This document shows positions 1 to 12,173 of a stretch of 64,000 nt of DNA, in pieces. Source of the stretch: Puccinia triticina (Eukaryota); NCBI GenBank assembly GCA_026914245.1, contig CP110440.1, positions 2,170,001-2,234,000 of the forward strand, written 5' to 3'. Position numbers and translations under genes: made by a program. A model generated the notes under the pieces. That model saw nothing but the letters and a program-made list of their open reading frames with translations. It searched no databases and was not told the origin of the DNA. Positions within the stretch are counted from its first letter, which is position 1. Every line of letters starts with the position of its first letter.

Positions 1-894
1 CTCTGGCAGGCGAACCGTGCTATTGGCGCCATTACAAATAAAACCAATGTACTTCTGCTCCGCCGCGAAGTCAGAGCATTTGTCTTTGTTCGTCGCAACC
101 CCGAGCGCTAAGGATTGGGAAACCACGTCTGAGATGGTGCACGGGGAATCCGGATGCTTGACAAAGAGGTTGTCGTCCACCCAGCGGAAGATCTTGACCA
201 CCTCAAATTCTGATTCCATGAGCCTCTTCCAGGTGTCAGCGGGTTTGCCAAAAGACCCGCATCCGGCGACCCCACCAAATGTGATCCGGGTGTCCAGGTA
301 CAAGTCTCCTTTTAGATCCTTTACCATCAGGAACGGCCACTGAGCTGGGTCCGTCGGGATTTGCCAATAGGCCTTTTCCCAGTCAAAAATGGCTAGGTTA
401 AATGGGCCTGAGTTTTTCTTAAAGAAGGCCGCGACCGCCTTGAAGTCGTCCCAAGTCGTTTTAAACATTTCTTTGTTGACAAAGGAGTTGACGGACGGTG
501 TGTCAGTGTTGTGCCGCGGAAATGATAAATCATTTATTGGTCTCATCTTCCCGTCCGCGTTGACGAAGGAACCGAGGGGGCTTGACCTGAAGAAAGGAAA
601 AAATTTTGACACCTCGTTGTGTGAAAAAGGGCCAAACATCCGATTCGCCGCCACCTCTTTGGCAATTGACTTCTGGATTTTTCCTTCTGCATCCTTAGCC
701 AAACTGTGGTTGTCTGGGGTGAACCAGTGCAAATCCCCAATCTTGTGAGACGGTATGCCCTGGTTGAAACCACACTCAAAACCTGTCAATATTTCCTCTA
801 GTTCTGGCAACAGACCGGCTTTACCCAAAGCTTTCCTCCATTCTGGCACGTCCATCTTGCAGGAGACTGTCAAAGGCCAATGCACCCTAATCAT
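1..894 (-). CDS. Reverse transcriptase of YR retrotransposon (open to the window edge)
   Basis: Manual translation from ATG 894 gives ...RMFGPF..RSSPLG..RPINDLSFP..FDWEKAYWQIP..TRITFGGVAGCGSFG..FRWVDDNLF..EQKYIGF. Not in the ORF track because it runs off the edge. Confidence 0.92.
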   Translation of the reverse strand, partial: MIRVHWPLTVSCKMDVPEWRKALGKAGLLPELEEILTGFECGFNQGIPSHKIGDLHWFTPDNHSLAKDAEGKIQKSIAKEVAANRMFGPFSHNEVSKFFPFFRSSPLGSFVNADGKMRPINDLSFPRHNTDTPSVNSFVNKEMFKTTWDDFKAVAAFFKKNSGPFNLAIFDWEKAYWQIPTDPAQWPFLMVKDLKGDLYLDTRITFGGVAGCGSFGKPADTWKRLMESEFEVVKIFRWVDDNLFVKHPDSPCTISDVVSQSLALGVATNKDKCSDFAAEQKYIGFICNGANSTVRLPE

Positions 895-1201
895 TGGCAA
901 CACAAGCAACGAGCAAAGAGAGAAACAAAGTTAATTGCAACAGTTAGATATGTGTAATCTTGCACAACAATTCCGTTCAGCGTTGGCTGGGCACCAACAC
1001 AAAAAATCTGAAGAAGAAAAACTGGACAAAAAAAGGGGGATTCTTTAAACAGGGATGTGACCCTGTGGCCCTAAAAACTTTGTGGTGTTACATCGAGACA
1101 AAAGAAAAACAAGGTGAAATGAGGAAATCTCAAAAGACCACCTACTTGGTCGGATTTCCTGAGCCGCCCTGTGGGTTGTAATTGGGCGCGTTCGCCCCTT
1201 G

Positions 1202-2571
1202 TCAACCGTAACCAGTTGATTTGGCATGACGTTTGTCGACATATCCCTCCACAAAGTTGGAACCTTGGTAGCATCGTAAATGTCTCTCCGGATCCCCACC
1301 TTCTGACGCCGCGAAGCCGCTTGGATTATAGTTCGGCGCGAGTCTGTTATAATCTGAGAGAAATCCTCGTTGCCGCCCTTGAGGCCCAGGTCTCTTGAAG
1401 CCCTGGTATTGGACTGCTTCTGAAGCGTATCCGGAGGTGTGCTGGTAATGTTGAGGCGCTCCGCATACCGGAGTGTGTGGGGCTTTGAAATTGCTAAACA
1501 CAACTGGTCGACCTTGATTTCGCGCCAAACTCGCGAAGACTCCTATCTCTGGATCCGCATGAGCATATTCTTGACCCGGAGCGTGATGGTTCTCTTTCCA
1601 ACCCGCTTCTCCAAAAGTTTGCACAGTAACGTAGAGTTCTTCTATGAGCGTTTGTTGTTGGATTGATATGTCCTGAATCGCGGAACCTTCTTCTGATGCA
1701 ATGTGGTGAGCGAACGCGGTCATTCTAATGGCCATGTCGTAACGGAGAGCCGTCATAAACCTGTAACCGCCCGCCGATATCGCGTTGCAGTTTTCTTTGT
1801 GTACCAACAATCTCGCGGCAAAGAACTCCATGCCGTATACGTCTCTCAGCGTCAAATAGAAGTTGTGATGATTGTTGGTCCAATTTGAATGGGTCTGGGT
1901 CCATTCGGACGGATACGCTAAGCCCTTGTAGGCTTTCTCCAATTCGACCGCTCTAGAATTTTTCATATTTATGTTGGCGTGAATGGCCCTCTTCTTCCAT
2001 TCTGATAACCAATCATTCATCAGACTTGGAAAACTACTACCAATTCCTTGAAGGACAAAAAATAAAAAACCTCACCATTGTTAAATATATTAAGAGGCAA
2101 GGGTGCCCTTAAAGCCTTAATGTTTTCATCAAAAAATGGAGTAAACCCCACATCGTGATGGCTAGACACCGCACCTATCGCGTGGACTAGACCCAATTCT
2201 TTTTCTGCCTTAACCAATTTTGCGAACATTCTAGGTTCAACTGTCAAGAGCACCGGAGTTGCTGAAACTGTCCTTGTGATAGATGGTTTACTTTTGGCTG
2301 AATCAGTCAACCCAGATGCGTTCATCAAATATTTGACCAAGATATTGTTGCCGGCCTGTTGAGCTTCTTTTATCTTTTCCCAGATATGGGCTCTCTCTTG
2401 ATTGATGTCTTCTGATACTACAACTGCCGGAGGGTGTACATTGGTACTGTTCAAAATTGCCTCCACGGTAGATTTGGGCAACTTCGGGAGCAATATAATG
2501 GCATCTAAATCCAAAACATCCATTGGCCCTGCTGGTGCTAGGAACCGTAACAAATCAGAATTGCAAAGCAA
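1202..2571 (-). pseudogene. Gag-like ORF of YR retrotransposon, frameshifted near 2020-2070
   Basis: ORFs 2020..2571 and 1202..2020. FMTALRYDMAIRMTAF matches FMVALRYNVCIRNNAF in copy 3. Confidence 0.75.
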
Positions 2572-2684
2572 ATCTCTATGTGTTTTTTGAATAATTTGAA
2601 TGAGGAACCGGCCTCACTTTTAGTTGGTCTATCACTGCCGTCTGGAGTTAAAAACTCATTGTCCAAATTGGCCTCTGCCTCACG

Positions 2685-2991
2685 TGTAAGGGTTCAATCC
2701 CTTCACTAGAGCCAACGACAAAGGAGCAGGGACACGGAGCACGGAGAGAGACTTCTAGGACCAAACTTGTGGTTTTGATTGCAACTGATCCAGAGAGAAG
2801 TCAGTTCTCTCTGTGAGGGACAAAGAGAGAACAAGAAGAGAGAATGACAAGTTGAGGGAGTGAGCTTACCTGATCCAGAGAGAAGTCAGTTCTCTACTGA
2901 ATCAGGGAAGGGGAAGAGCTCAGACTAAGTACAAGATTGTGACAGGCCTTGGTAACCTCTTGTGAACTCCAAGGGAGGAGGGGGGTTTACA
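2685..2991 (-). repeat. LTR (307 bp)
   Basis: TGTAA/TTACA termini, adjacent PPT, and an internal direct repeat TGATCCAGAGAGAAGTCAGTTCTCT present twice. Confidence 0.75.
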
Positions 2992-4836
2992 GTCTCCCCT
3001 CCTATAAAAGAGAAGAAAGAGTAAGGGAGAAAGGAATAAGGCAAGGGAATGGGGGCATAGGGGACAAAAGAGTTAGGTGGGGCACTCCAGAAGTTGGTGG
3101 TAGGGGGGGGTGGGAGGAACTGAGGCGGGATTGGCAAGCCGGGAGGCAACGGACGAGGGGGGAGACGAGACTTGGGGCCCCTGTGTAGGACTTCAGAAGC
3201 TGGCAATGAGGTCAGCCACTTCATCTGGGTCAAAGGACGGTTCCTCGAACTCACTACAGAAGTGCGGGGACGCGAGGGTAAGGGCGGGGGTGATGAGAGG
3301 AGAGCTGGCGGCGGGGGGACATACTTTACAGCCTCAATTGAGAGTCGGTAGGCGTCCAGGTCTTCATAGGCCTCCACTGATGAAACATGGAGGTGTGGGG
3401 GATAGATGTTGTCCGCGGGGCCGTCCAGCGCGTCCTCCGCAATAGCTTTGTCTACTAAGCTCATCGCGGCGGCGTTTGCTGTGTCGTATTCTTGGACCGC
3501 CGCTACAGTGGCTGCTTGGGTTGGTGGTCGGCCCGCCGGCGGGTTGACAGGCTTGCCGGGGGCTGGTTGGGCGGGTCCGCGCGCCTTGGGAGCAATGTAA
3601 TTAGCCGGTCTTGGGCGTGTGATGAAATTGTCCGGGGCATCAACATAGCGTTTTTTGACTGGCCCCGGGCAGGATCCCGGAATGTTGCCGCAAGCCTTCT
3701 TGCAGAAGTGGCATCGTCCTTGCGAGTCAAGGTACGAGTGAATTTGCCAAATGAAGTCCTCGCGCGCTGATTGCACATTGGTTGACGGTACCTGCCGGCC
3801 AGGATTGGGTTGGAGTGTGGATTGGCCCAGGGCTAGTGCCGGTGCATTTACTGCCTGCTCGAACGCCCCGTAGACGAACGGAGTGGCATCCAGAAGTTGG
3901 CGTTTGGCCACTCGGTGTTGCAATGCCTCGGGGAGTCCATAGACGACGAACTGAGCTGATCAGCATCCAATAGAGCGGTGACTTCCATGGCGTCGAAGTT
4001 GAACAAGCTCTGGAGCGTACGAGCCCTGGTACTGTAGGTCTGGAACAACTCGGCCGGCCCCATGTCAATTTGCCTGATTTGTTTCTTCAGCTCCGCTCGC
4101 CAGTTGAGCGGAAGCGCAAAATCGAACATTCAAGCTTTGAATTCAGACCAAGAGTTGGTCAGATAACGGGAGGCTTTGTTCCTGTAGAACGATTTCAAGT
4201 TTGTTTTGGCAATGAGGTTGCCAACAATTCAAACCTTGTCCAAGGAAACGGTGACGGCTTTGGTCTTGAAAAATATCTCAACCCCGTGGATCCAGGTGAG
4301 GAACGACTCGGCAACAAGAAACGGACCAGCAAACGAGGGCCCATCTGAAGTTCGGAATTGTTGTAGATCTACACCCTCAGTCGCTGGTCGGCCCGGGTGG
4401 TTGGAGGGCTTGGCTTTTGCATGCATACCAACGATGATCTCCTCGAGTTGGTCGGTTTTTGCATGCATGCCAACTATGATCTTCTTGAGTTGGTTGGTGC
4501 GGGCCGCGTTGGCCTTGATAGCGGCTTGGAACGCTTGTAGATCAGCTCGTCGGTCAGCAGCGGCTCGGCGGCGATCCTCGTTAGCCTGCTCGACTGAGGC
4601 GTGCTGAAGCTTCAGTACCCGCTTGAACCAATCTTTTGCGGTGGTCAGATCAGCGGCCTCGGTTGTTCGGGTCGACTTGGTGGAATGTTCTGGGCCCCCA
4701 GCGGTAGGGGTTGTATCCAACATCTCTATTGGTTGTTGGGGGTTGGGGCGGCTGGGAGATGTGGTGAAGAGCTGGGCCAACCGTCTGCGCTTGGCGTTAC
4801 CGGATCGGAGGATGGCTTCAGGATCCAAGAGAGGAA
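2685..4836 (-). mobile_element. Gag-only LTR retroelement, 5'-truncated by the insertion at 4837
   Basis: 3' LTR 2685-2991 (TGTAA..TTACA) preceded on the minus strand by the PPT AGGAGGGGAGAC. Frameshifted gag ORFs 4229..4828, 3848..4129 and 2925..3923 include the Cys-rich knuckle RCHFCKKAC. No pol lies between gag and the PPT. Confidence 0.75.
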
Positions 4837-5502
4837 CACTACCAAGATTGATGAATTTGTGATGTCGTATATTGATCGATATAGCGTATATTGATCAATT
4901 TATATTGATCAATTTTTTTTTATTATTCTTCTTGATACCTTTGTCTGTTTTCCATGTCTCCTTAATACCATTCTATAATCTCTCTCCTTCCCCTTGTGTT
5001 AGCTTCAAGCCACAGGAATCTTTTTTTTTGCCTGATAACATTCATAAATTTCTACATACACCATTCAATTCTTCCTGAAAAAAAGACATTGCAAGTTTTA
5101 GGATTAATCCAGGATGGCTGAGGGATCTCAATTTTTTTTTCTTCTTTTTTTTTTACTTCAACAATTGATCTGTTATCAGAAGTCTGCAAATTGACTTTTT
5201 TTTCAAAAAAGGAAAAACATTGACCCCTGACCTCTCTCATGATACCATCCTGCACACATTTTTAATTTGGTTGGTTGAACTTGCTCGAGATATTGCATAT
5301 CATACTTGAAGTGCTACATGCATAGGAGGCCTTTTTGAAATTAGTTTACCATGGTTTAGCATATTTTTGTCAGGTTCTTTTTATTATCTACTTTTGTTAT
5401 CAACCACAGATTAATGAGGAATATTTCCACATAAAATTTTGTTGGACAATTTTTCTGAATATAGAACCCAGAAATAATGTTTTTGGGGTCACATCCATTA
5501 TG

Positions 5503-6830
5503 CAGCAGCTGCAATCTGATCAGTTGCCAAATCTCACTACTTTGTTAGTTTCTTGGTATGTCTGCAACTATATCTCAACACAGCCTGAGAATTTTTCCAT
5601 GAAATTGGTACCAAAATTTTTAAAAGCCCCCATAGATTCATTGTGTACCTTGAATGACCACAAAATCCCCAAATGTAGCTGCTACAATCTGATCAGTGGC
5701 CAAATATCACTAATTTGGTAGTTTCTTGGTGTTTCTGCCACTATATCTCAACACAGACCAGGAGTTCTTCCATGATATTGGTTTCAAAATGATCAATAGT
5801 CCCCAAGGATTCATTGTGTACCTTAAATGACCACAAAACTCCCTAATGTAGCCCCTACGACCTGATCAGTTGCCAAATATCACTAATTTGGTAGTTTCTT
5901 GGTGTTTCTGCCACTGGATCTCAACACAGCCTGGAGGTTCTTCCATGATATTTGTATCAAAATGTTCAGTAGCCCCCAAGGATCCATTGTGTACCTTAAA
6001 TGACCACAAAACCCCCAAATGTGGCAGCTACAATCTCATCAGTTGCCAAATCTCACTAATTTGGTAGGTTCTTGGTGTTTCTGCCACTATATCTCAACAC
6101 AACCTGCGAGTTCTTCCAGGATATTGGTTTCAAAATGATCAATAGTCCCCAAGGATTCATTGTGTACCTTAAATTACCATGAAACTCCCTAATGTAGCCC
6201 TACGACCTGATCAGTTGCCAAATATCACTAATTTGGTAGTTTCTTGGTGTTTCTGCCACTATATCTCAAAGCAGCCTGGGAGTTCTTCCATGATATTGGT
6301 ACCAAAATAATCACATGCCCTCAAACATTCATTGAGTACCTTTGATGACCACAAAACCCCCAAATGTAGCAGCCACAATGTGATCAGTTACCAAATATCA
6401 CTAATTTGGTAGTTTCTTGGTGTTTCTGCCACTATATCTCAGCGCAGCGTGGGAGTTCTTCCATGATATTGGTACCACAATGATCACATGACCCTGAGGA
6501 TTCATTGTGTACCTTGAATGAACACAAAACCCCCAAATGTAGCAGCCACAATGTGATCAGTTGCCAAATATTACTAATTTGGTAGTTTCTTGGTGTTTCT
6601 GCCACTATATCTCAGCACAGCGTGGGATTTCTTCCATGATATTTGTACCAAAGTGATCAAATTCCGCTGAAGATTAATTGTGTACCTTGAATGACCACAA
6701 TACCCCCAAATGTAGCAGCTAGGATGTGATCAGTTGCAAAATATCACTAATTTGGTAGTTTCTGGTGTTTTTGCCACTATATCTCAGCGCAACGTGGGAT
6801 TTCTTCCATAATATTGGTATCAAAATGATC
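5503..6830 (+). repeat. 173-bp tandem repeat, forward, about 7.5 units
   Basis: The GATCAGTTGCCAAATATCACTAATTTGG-type motif recurs at 5518, 5691, 5864 and onward (173-bp spacing). Confidence 0.95.
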
Positions 6831-7940
6831 TGAGATATAGTGGCAGAAACACGAAGAAACTACCAAATTAGTGATATTTGGCAACTGATCACATTGTGGC
6901 TACTACATTTGGGGGTTTTGTGGTCATCCAAGGTACTCAATGAATGTTTGGGGGAATGTGATCATTTTGGTACCAATATCATGGAAGAACTCCCATGCTG
7001 CGCAGAGATATAGTGGCAGAAACACCAAGAAACTACCAAATTAGAACATTTGCCAACTGATCACATTGTGGCTGCTACATTTGGGGGTTTTGTGGTCATC
7101 CAAGGTACCAAATGAATCTTCAGGGCCATTTGATCATTTTGGTACCAATATCAAGGAAGAATTCCCATGCTGCGCTGAGATATAGTGGCAGAAACACCAA
7201 GAAACTACCAAATTAGTGATATTTGGCAACTGATCACATTGTGGCTGCTACATTTGGGGGTTTTGTGGTCATCCAAGGTACCAAATGAATTTTTGAGGGC
7301 ATCTGATCATTTTGGTACCAATATCATGGAAGAACTCCCATGCTGCGCTGCGATATAGTGGCAGAAACACCAAGAAACTACCAAATTAGAACATTTGCCA
7401 ACTGATCACATTGTGGCTGCTACATTTGGGGGTTTTGTGGTCATCCAAGGGACCAAATGAATCTTCAGGGCCATTTGATCATTTTGGTACCAATATCATG
7501 GAAGAATTCCCATGCTGCGCTGAGATATAGTGGCAGAAACACCAAGAAACTACCAAATTAGTGAGATTTGGCAACTGGTCAGATTGTAGCTGCTACATTT
7601 GGAGATTTTGTGGTCATTTAAGGTTCACAATGAATCCTTGGTAGCTATTGATCATTATGATACCAATATCATGGATGAACTCCCAGGCTGTGTTGAGATA
7701 TAGTGGCAGAAACACCAAGGAACTACCAAATTAGTGATATTTGGCAACTGATCAGATTGTAGGGGCTACATTAGGGGGTTTCGTGGTCATTTAAGGTAAA
7801 CAATGAATCCTTTGGGGCTATTTATCTTTTGGATCGCAATATCGTGGAAGAATTCCCAGGCTGTGTTGAGATATAGTGGCAGGAACCCCAAAAAACTACC
7901 AAATTAGTGACATTTGCCAACTGATCAGATTGTAGCTGCC
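6831..7940 (-). repeat. 173-bp tandem repeat, inverted, about 6.5 units
   Basis: Reverse complement of the same monomer, with an abrupt switch at about 6830. Confidence 0.95.
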
Positions 7941-8284
7941 AAAAGTCTCTCCTAGGTTGTTGTTGATAGGATGAGCAGTATCTTGGGAGTGTTCAGACAT
8001 GTTGAAGGCTAACTATAGAGGAATGAAGTAGTCCAGCTGGATGGTTGGGATAAATGCGAGTCTTTCCAGAAGGGTGAAGTTGAGGACTTTTTTTTTGTGA
8101 AGGAATAAAAGGGGTTGAAGGAGTGAATGGTTAAGGGTGATATTTAAACAAAAATTGCTTCAAGCATACCTCTATTTGAAGAACAAATTTAACCGGTGCA
8201 AAACGGTCACACTAATTTATTGCAGAGATTTTTGGGAACAATAGTTTCAATTTAATTTACAATTCACCACAGTCTGCAACAAGC

Positions 8285-8311
8285 GGCGGCGCAGCCGCCT
8301 TGAAAATCTAG
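8285..8311 (+). other. Helitron-like 3' terminus
   Basis: Hairpin GGCGGC-GCA-GCCGCC, 8-nt spacer, CTAG, then T. Confidence 0.7.
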
Positions 8312-8451
8312 TAAATATAAAATACAGAAAATTATATTAGAAATGAAATTAGCTTTACACCGTGAAAAAAGAGCACGGGTGAGAAGTTGCCATTGTATTA
8401 TTTATGTTACTTTTCACACATAGCTTTTACACGTGACAATTGGTTATAAAA

Positions 8452-9141
8452 TGTCATGTGCCAAAGCAAAGGGAAGTTAAGTAACATAGTACAAATAAAT
8501 TTCCCACAGCCAAGGAGGCTTACACGCCAAAATTTGGCCAATTCCCATAACCAAAAAGGGACTGTCTTGTGTGCTCATGGTCCCTCCCAATATTTAAAGG
8601 AGCCTTCAGGGCCTCTGGAATCAATCCCCCAGACTATTCAACCACACATACCCTGTAAGTTACTCGTGAGTATTCTCCTCCTACTTCTAGAGCAGTGTAT
8701 CCCTTATAAAACCCCACCTAGCACGTCAAACCTACTAGAAATTACCCTTAAAATATAGAAAATTCCTTTATAGAGCAATTTTCAGTGTAACTTCTTTACA
8801 AATAATTGCAGTAAGACTCCAGCCTCTGTCAAGCAGCCAATCAGCTTAAGCTCTTGAGAGTTATTTTTACGCTTGAAACTCCCTGTTATTAATAATTATA
8901 TATTATTAATATTAAAGTCTTTATCCTCTTAAATAAGAGAGAAATCCCTTTTAGTGGCTAATTACCATGTAACAAGTTTGGTATTATATCACCAGTGTTT
9001 TACTTCAACACAGTTATAGTGCAAGGGCCTACAAACCCTAATTACATATAAAAATTATGGTTTTTCAACCCTTAGCTTCATAAACAGAGCTGTCATACGG
9101 CCTGGCACCGTAGGAGTTTCACAGCGCCTAGGATATTGACA
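8452..9141. mobile_element. Possible old LTR
   Basis: TGTCA..TGACA ends and a TATAAAA near 8705. No TSD or partner found. Confidence 0.3.
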
Positions 9142-9659
9142 GTAAGTATTACTCTTTCACTGAACCTTGTTTATCTCAGAGGTACAACTCTCTGTCTGCT
9201 TGATTGCTCTTATTTTTGCTGGCCTTTGCCCTATCTTTGATCACAGGTCTGCACCTGTCTTAACTTCATCAACCAAAGAATTCTGCTGCATTTCATCCTT
9301 CTTTTTTTGTGGTTTTTGTAAGAAACAAACCACATAGGTTTCCCTTTAAAGAACCTTGACTATCCAGAAGGAAGCTGAAAAATTGTGGCTGGATTAAACT
9401 TGTCTAATCCAGGAGCCCTCCACGTTTCTTTGGTGAGAGGAGGCTGTAGCACTCTCTGGCACAGCTTGGCAGCACTCCCTTAAGGAGGTAGCATTGCCAG
9501 TGGAAGTTAGTACCCACCAGAATAACCTTGAACATCTGCTTATCTTGAATCTGCTCAGTTTCTCTCTCTCTTTCTCTCTCTCTCTTATATTTGTATTTTC
9601 TTTATCCAAAGAAATCCAAATATTGCCCCCCATTTTCTTGTGTCCTTATGTAACTATAG

Positions 9660-10176
9660 AGACTCAGGCTCAAATCCTGGCACAGCTGATACTCAGCTTT
9701 GTACCAGTCCTTGCTCAGCCTTTTCCTAGTTCTGTCCCAGCTGATTCTCAGCTTGCTGAGTATAAGCTGAGCCAGGCCAGGGAAAAAGATGGGAATCAGC
9801 TTGGACAGGACCAGAGCTGAAAATCAGCTGGGCTAGGGCCAAATCTGAGCATCAGCTGAGCCACGTCCAAGGCTGAGAATCAGCTGTGCCAGGGTCAAAG
9901 ATGATCATCAGGTGGCCGGTGCCAAAGCTGAGCATCAGCTGTGCCAAGGCAAAAACTTAGCATCAGCTGAGCCAGGGTAAAAGCTGAGCATCAGCTGGGC
10001 GAGGACCAAAGCTGAGAATCATGTGGTTTTGTTACATTGAGTGCTTTGATCCTGAAACCTGTCATGTGAGCCCTAGATGTGCTGTTGGAGAGGATCAGAA
10101 TTGGAGTAGTTTTGGAGCTGAAAACAAAGCTGCATCATTTCACTTGCCATCAAGCGACTACTTTTTTTTCCTGGTG
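9660..10176. mobile_element. Truncated CACCAGG-family element (one TIR plus ~33-bp GCTGAGCATCAGC array)
   Basis: The end TCACTTGCCATCAAG..TTTTTTTCCTGGTG matches the TIR of 57588-58870, and the internal repeat is the same. Left end not found. Confidence 0.75.
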
Positions 10177-11509
10177 TTGGGTGTGTTTGTTTTGAGGTGG
10201 TTGTTTCTTTTATTTCTGTTTCTTATGGTGTTCTGTTTTTGTTTTCTCCTTTCACTGCTGCACATTTTGCATGGTTTCAGTGGGGGGGGGGGGGGGGGGG
10301 TTGGTTTCATTTTCTTTTGTTTGTGTTTTGTGTTGTGGTTGTGGTTTTGTCTTTGTGCGTGTGCGGGGTGTGATGACTGGTCTGCAGCGCGCTGCGCCTC
10401 CCTGAGTCTGAGTCTGGCCCCAAACTCAGATGAAGGGAGGTATGGAACCTATCTGATCCCATTAGGAAATCCATCTGGAGTTTGTTGATCCTCATCCTGC
10501 GCCCTCCAAAGCGCCATCCTGAATGTTATTGACCTTTCCTGGCGTTGAGCCTGATCTCTCCCTGATCCCTGTGTTTTCCAGATTTATTCTCAAGCAACTC
10601 AACCGCCGACGCGCGCTCAATGCTTTTGTAAAATAACCCCCCAAACCTCATTTCATAACCAATCCTCATTGCTCATCCTAACCATCACCCCGGAGGGCAT
10701 ACAGATTCTCTTTTCCACATTCCACTCCACCAACTGCCTACCACCTGGCACAGTAGGATTTCCACCATGTCTAGTTACCTAGAGGCTGACAATCTGGACC
10801 CTCCATCAGAATATAAACTCTCATGGGAAGTGTGATGAGATTTGGCCTGTATTATGGTATAGAGTTTCAAATACCTGTGGGCTCATTGTTGGAAAAGCAA
10901 AAGGCCATGTACAGCTGCACACAATCTGCTTGCCGCTTTGAAATGAGGTCTCATCCCACTGCAATCTGGAAGGTTCTTGCTAACATGATTGTGACTGCGC
11001 ATTGGGCCTTGACCTATGTATAATATCCCTTGCAATGTTTGGAGTTGTATGCAATTCATTTTGAGAAGCAGAGGATATTATGAGGTTGCTCACCATTGAC
11101 AAAAAATATTATGAAATTGAGGGCTAGCAGATCAAATTGATGTTTTGCATCATCCTGGTCCACAGTCCTACGGCAGGGCCTATGTTGCTATTCAAAAAAT
11201 ACTGGACCGCTCTGGGTGATGATCTAAGTTATGTTATATGCACCAATGATAAGCTCCAGGCCTTTATTCTTTATTGTGCTGAGCATATGCTTGCATCAAT
11301 GGGTTCAGATCTTGGGGACGTAGCACTTAACTGGGGTTGCAGCTGCATGGCTCGGTGGCGGTCAAGCAGTGCACTTGAGTTTTAAGATTCCTTTCAAATT
11401 TAGCAAAAAAACTACATGTGACTTCACTGGGAATGAAACAATTGGGAAGAGGTTATTTTCTGGGTCAAAGTCATGGCTCTGCATTGGCAGGCAATCAAAA
11501 CTGTACACT

Positions 11510-11702
11510 ATTTTTTTGGCTATAAATGGCGGCTAAAAAATTCAGAAAGCTAAAAGCTTGCACCAAAAAGCACAAGCGTAGCCTAAAAGTGCTATAAAAT
11601 AGCACAGCAAATACGGGCCAAAAAGAGCCACGCTATACGCTATGCAATGCCCCATGTTATGTTTTATGCTGCCATATCTGCAGCGCAGCACTTTCAACAT
11701 TG
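11510..11702. mobile_element. Possible DNA-transposon (hAT-like) end
   Basis: Short reiterated GCTATA/AAAAGC motifs ending in CTTTCAACATTG (reverse complement CAATGTTGAAAG). No partner end seen. Confidence 0.3.
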
Positions 11703-12173
11703 GTAGAAATGTATAAGACTCATAATTTTGAGCAATTCCTAGCACTCCTGGCACCATTGAAGTTCACACTGCTTAAAAGCAGGCACATAAATTGAGTTAA
11801 GAAAGGTTTAAGCAATCAATCCAAGCTTTCTGAGTGAGAAAATGTAGACATGAGATCATATATACATGCTTTTAATATATATCAAGAAAAAATAAAAATG
11901 ATATATCTGTGCTTAAGCCTGTACTATGGAAACTAGGACAGTTCAAATCTGAGTCTAAAGTGACTCTGCTGAGATGCATCAGCAAACTGATGTATTTTTT
12001 TTGTAAAGTTTGTAATTTTATTTGGCCAGCAAGTCACCAGAAGAAACAGCTCCATCCAGTCCTGAAGTGTTACACTAAAACTTAGTAAAATCAGCACAGT
12101 TTTCAAAACCTCAGAGGTGAACTGTGCTACTGAGCAATATTTGAGTTTTATGGGATGGTTAAGAGAGGGGGTT

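Larger units (their letters stand above)
1..2684 (-). mobile_element. YR (DIRS-like) retrotransposon copy 1, partial; 3' part is off the window start, 5' part is cut by an LTR element
   Basis: Gag-like ORFs followed by an RT ORF. Both resemble the YR-bearing element at 33276-46600 (gag motif GFTPFFDEN..PLPLNIFN vs GFTPYFHKP..PLFLTSFN). Confidence 0.85.
4837..8311 (+). mobile_element. Non-coding satellite-carrying cassette: CACTACCAAGA head, 173-bp arrays, Helitron-like tail
   Basis: The ~660-bp head is shared with 60134-60780 and homology starts exactly at CACTA in both copies. The right boundary is inferred. Confidence 0.65.
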
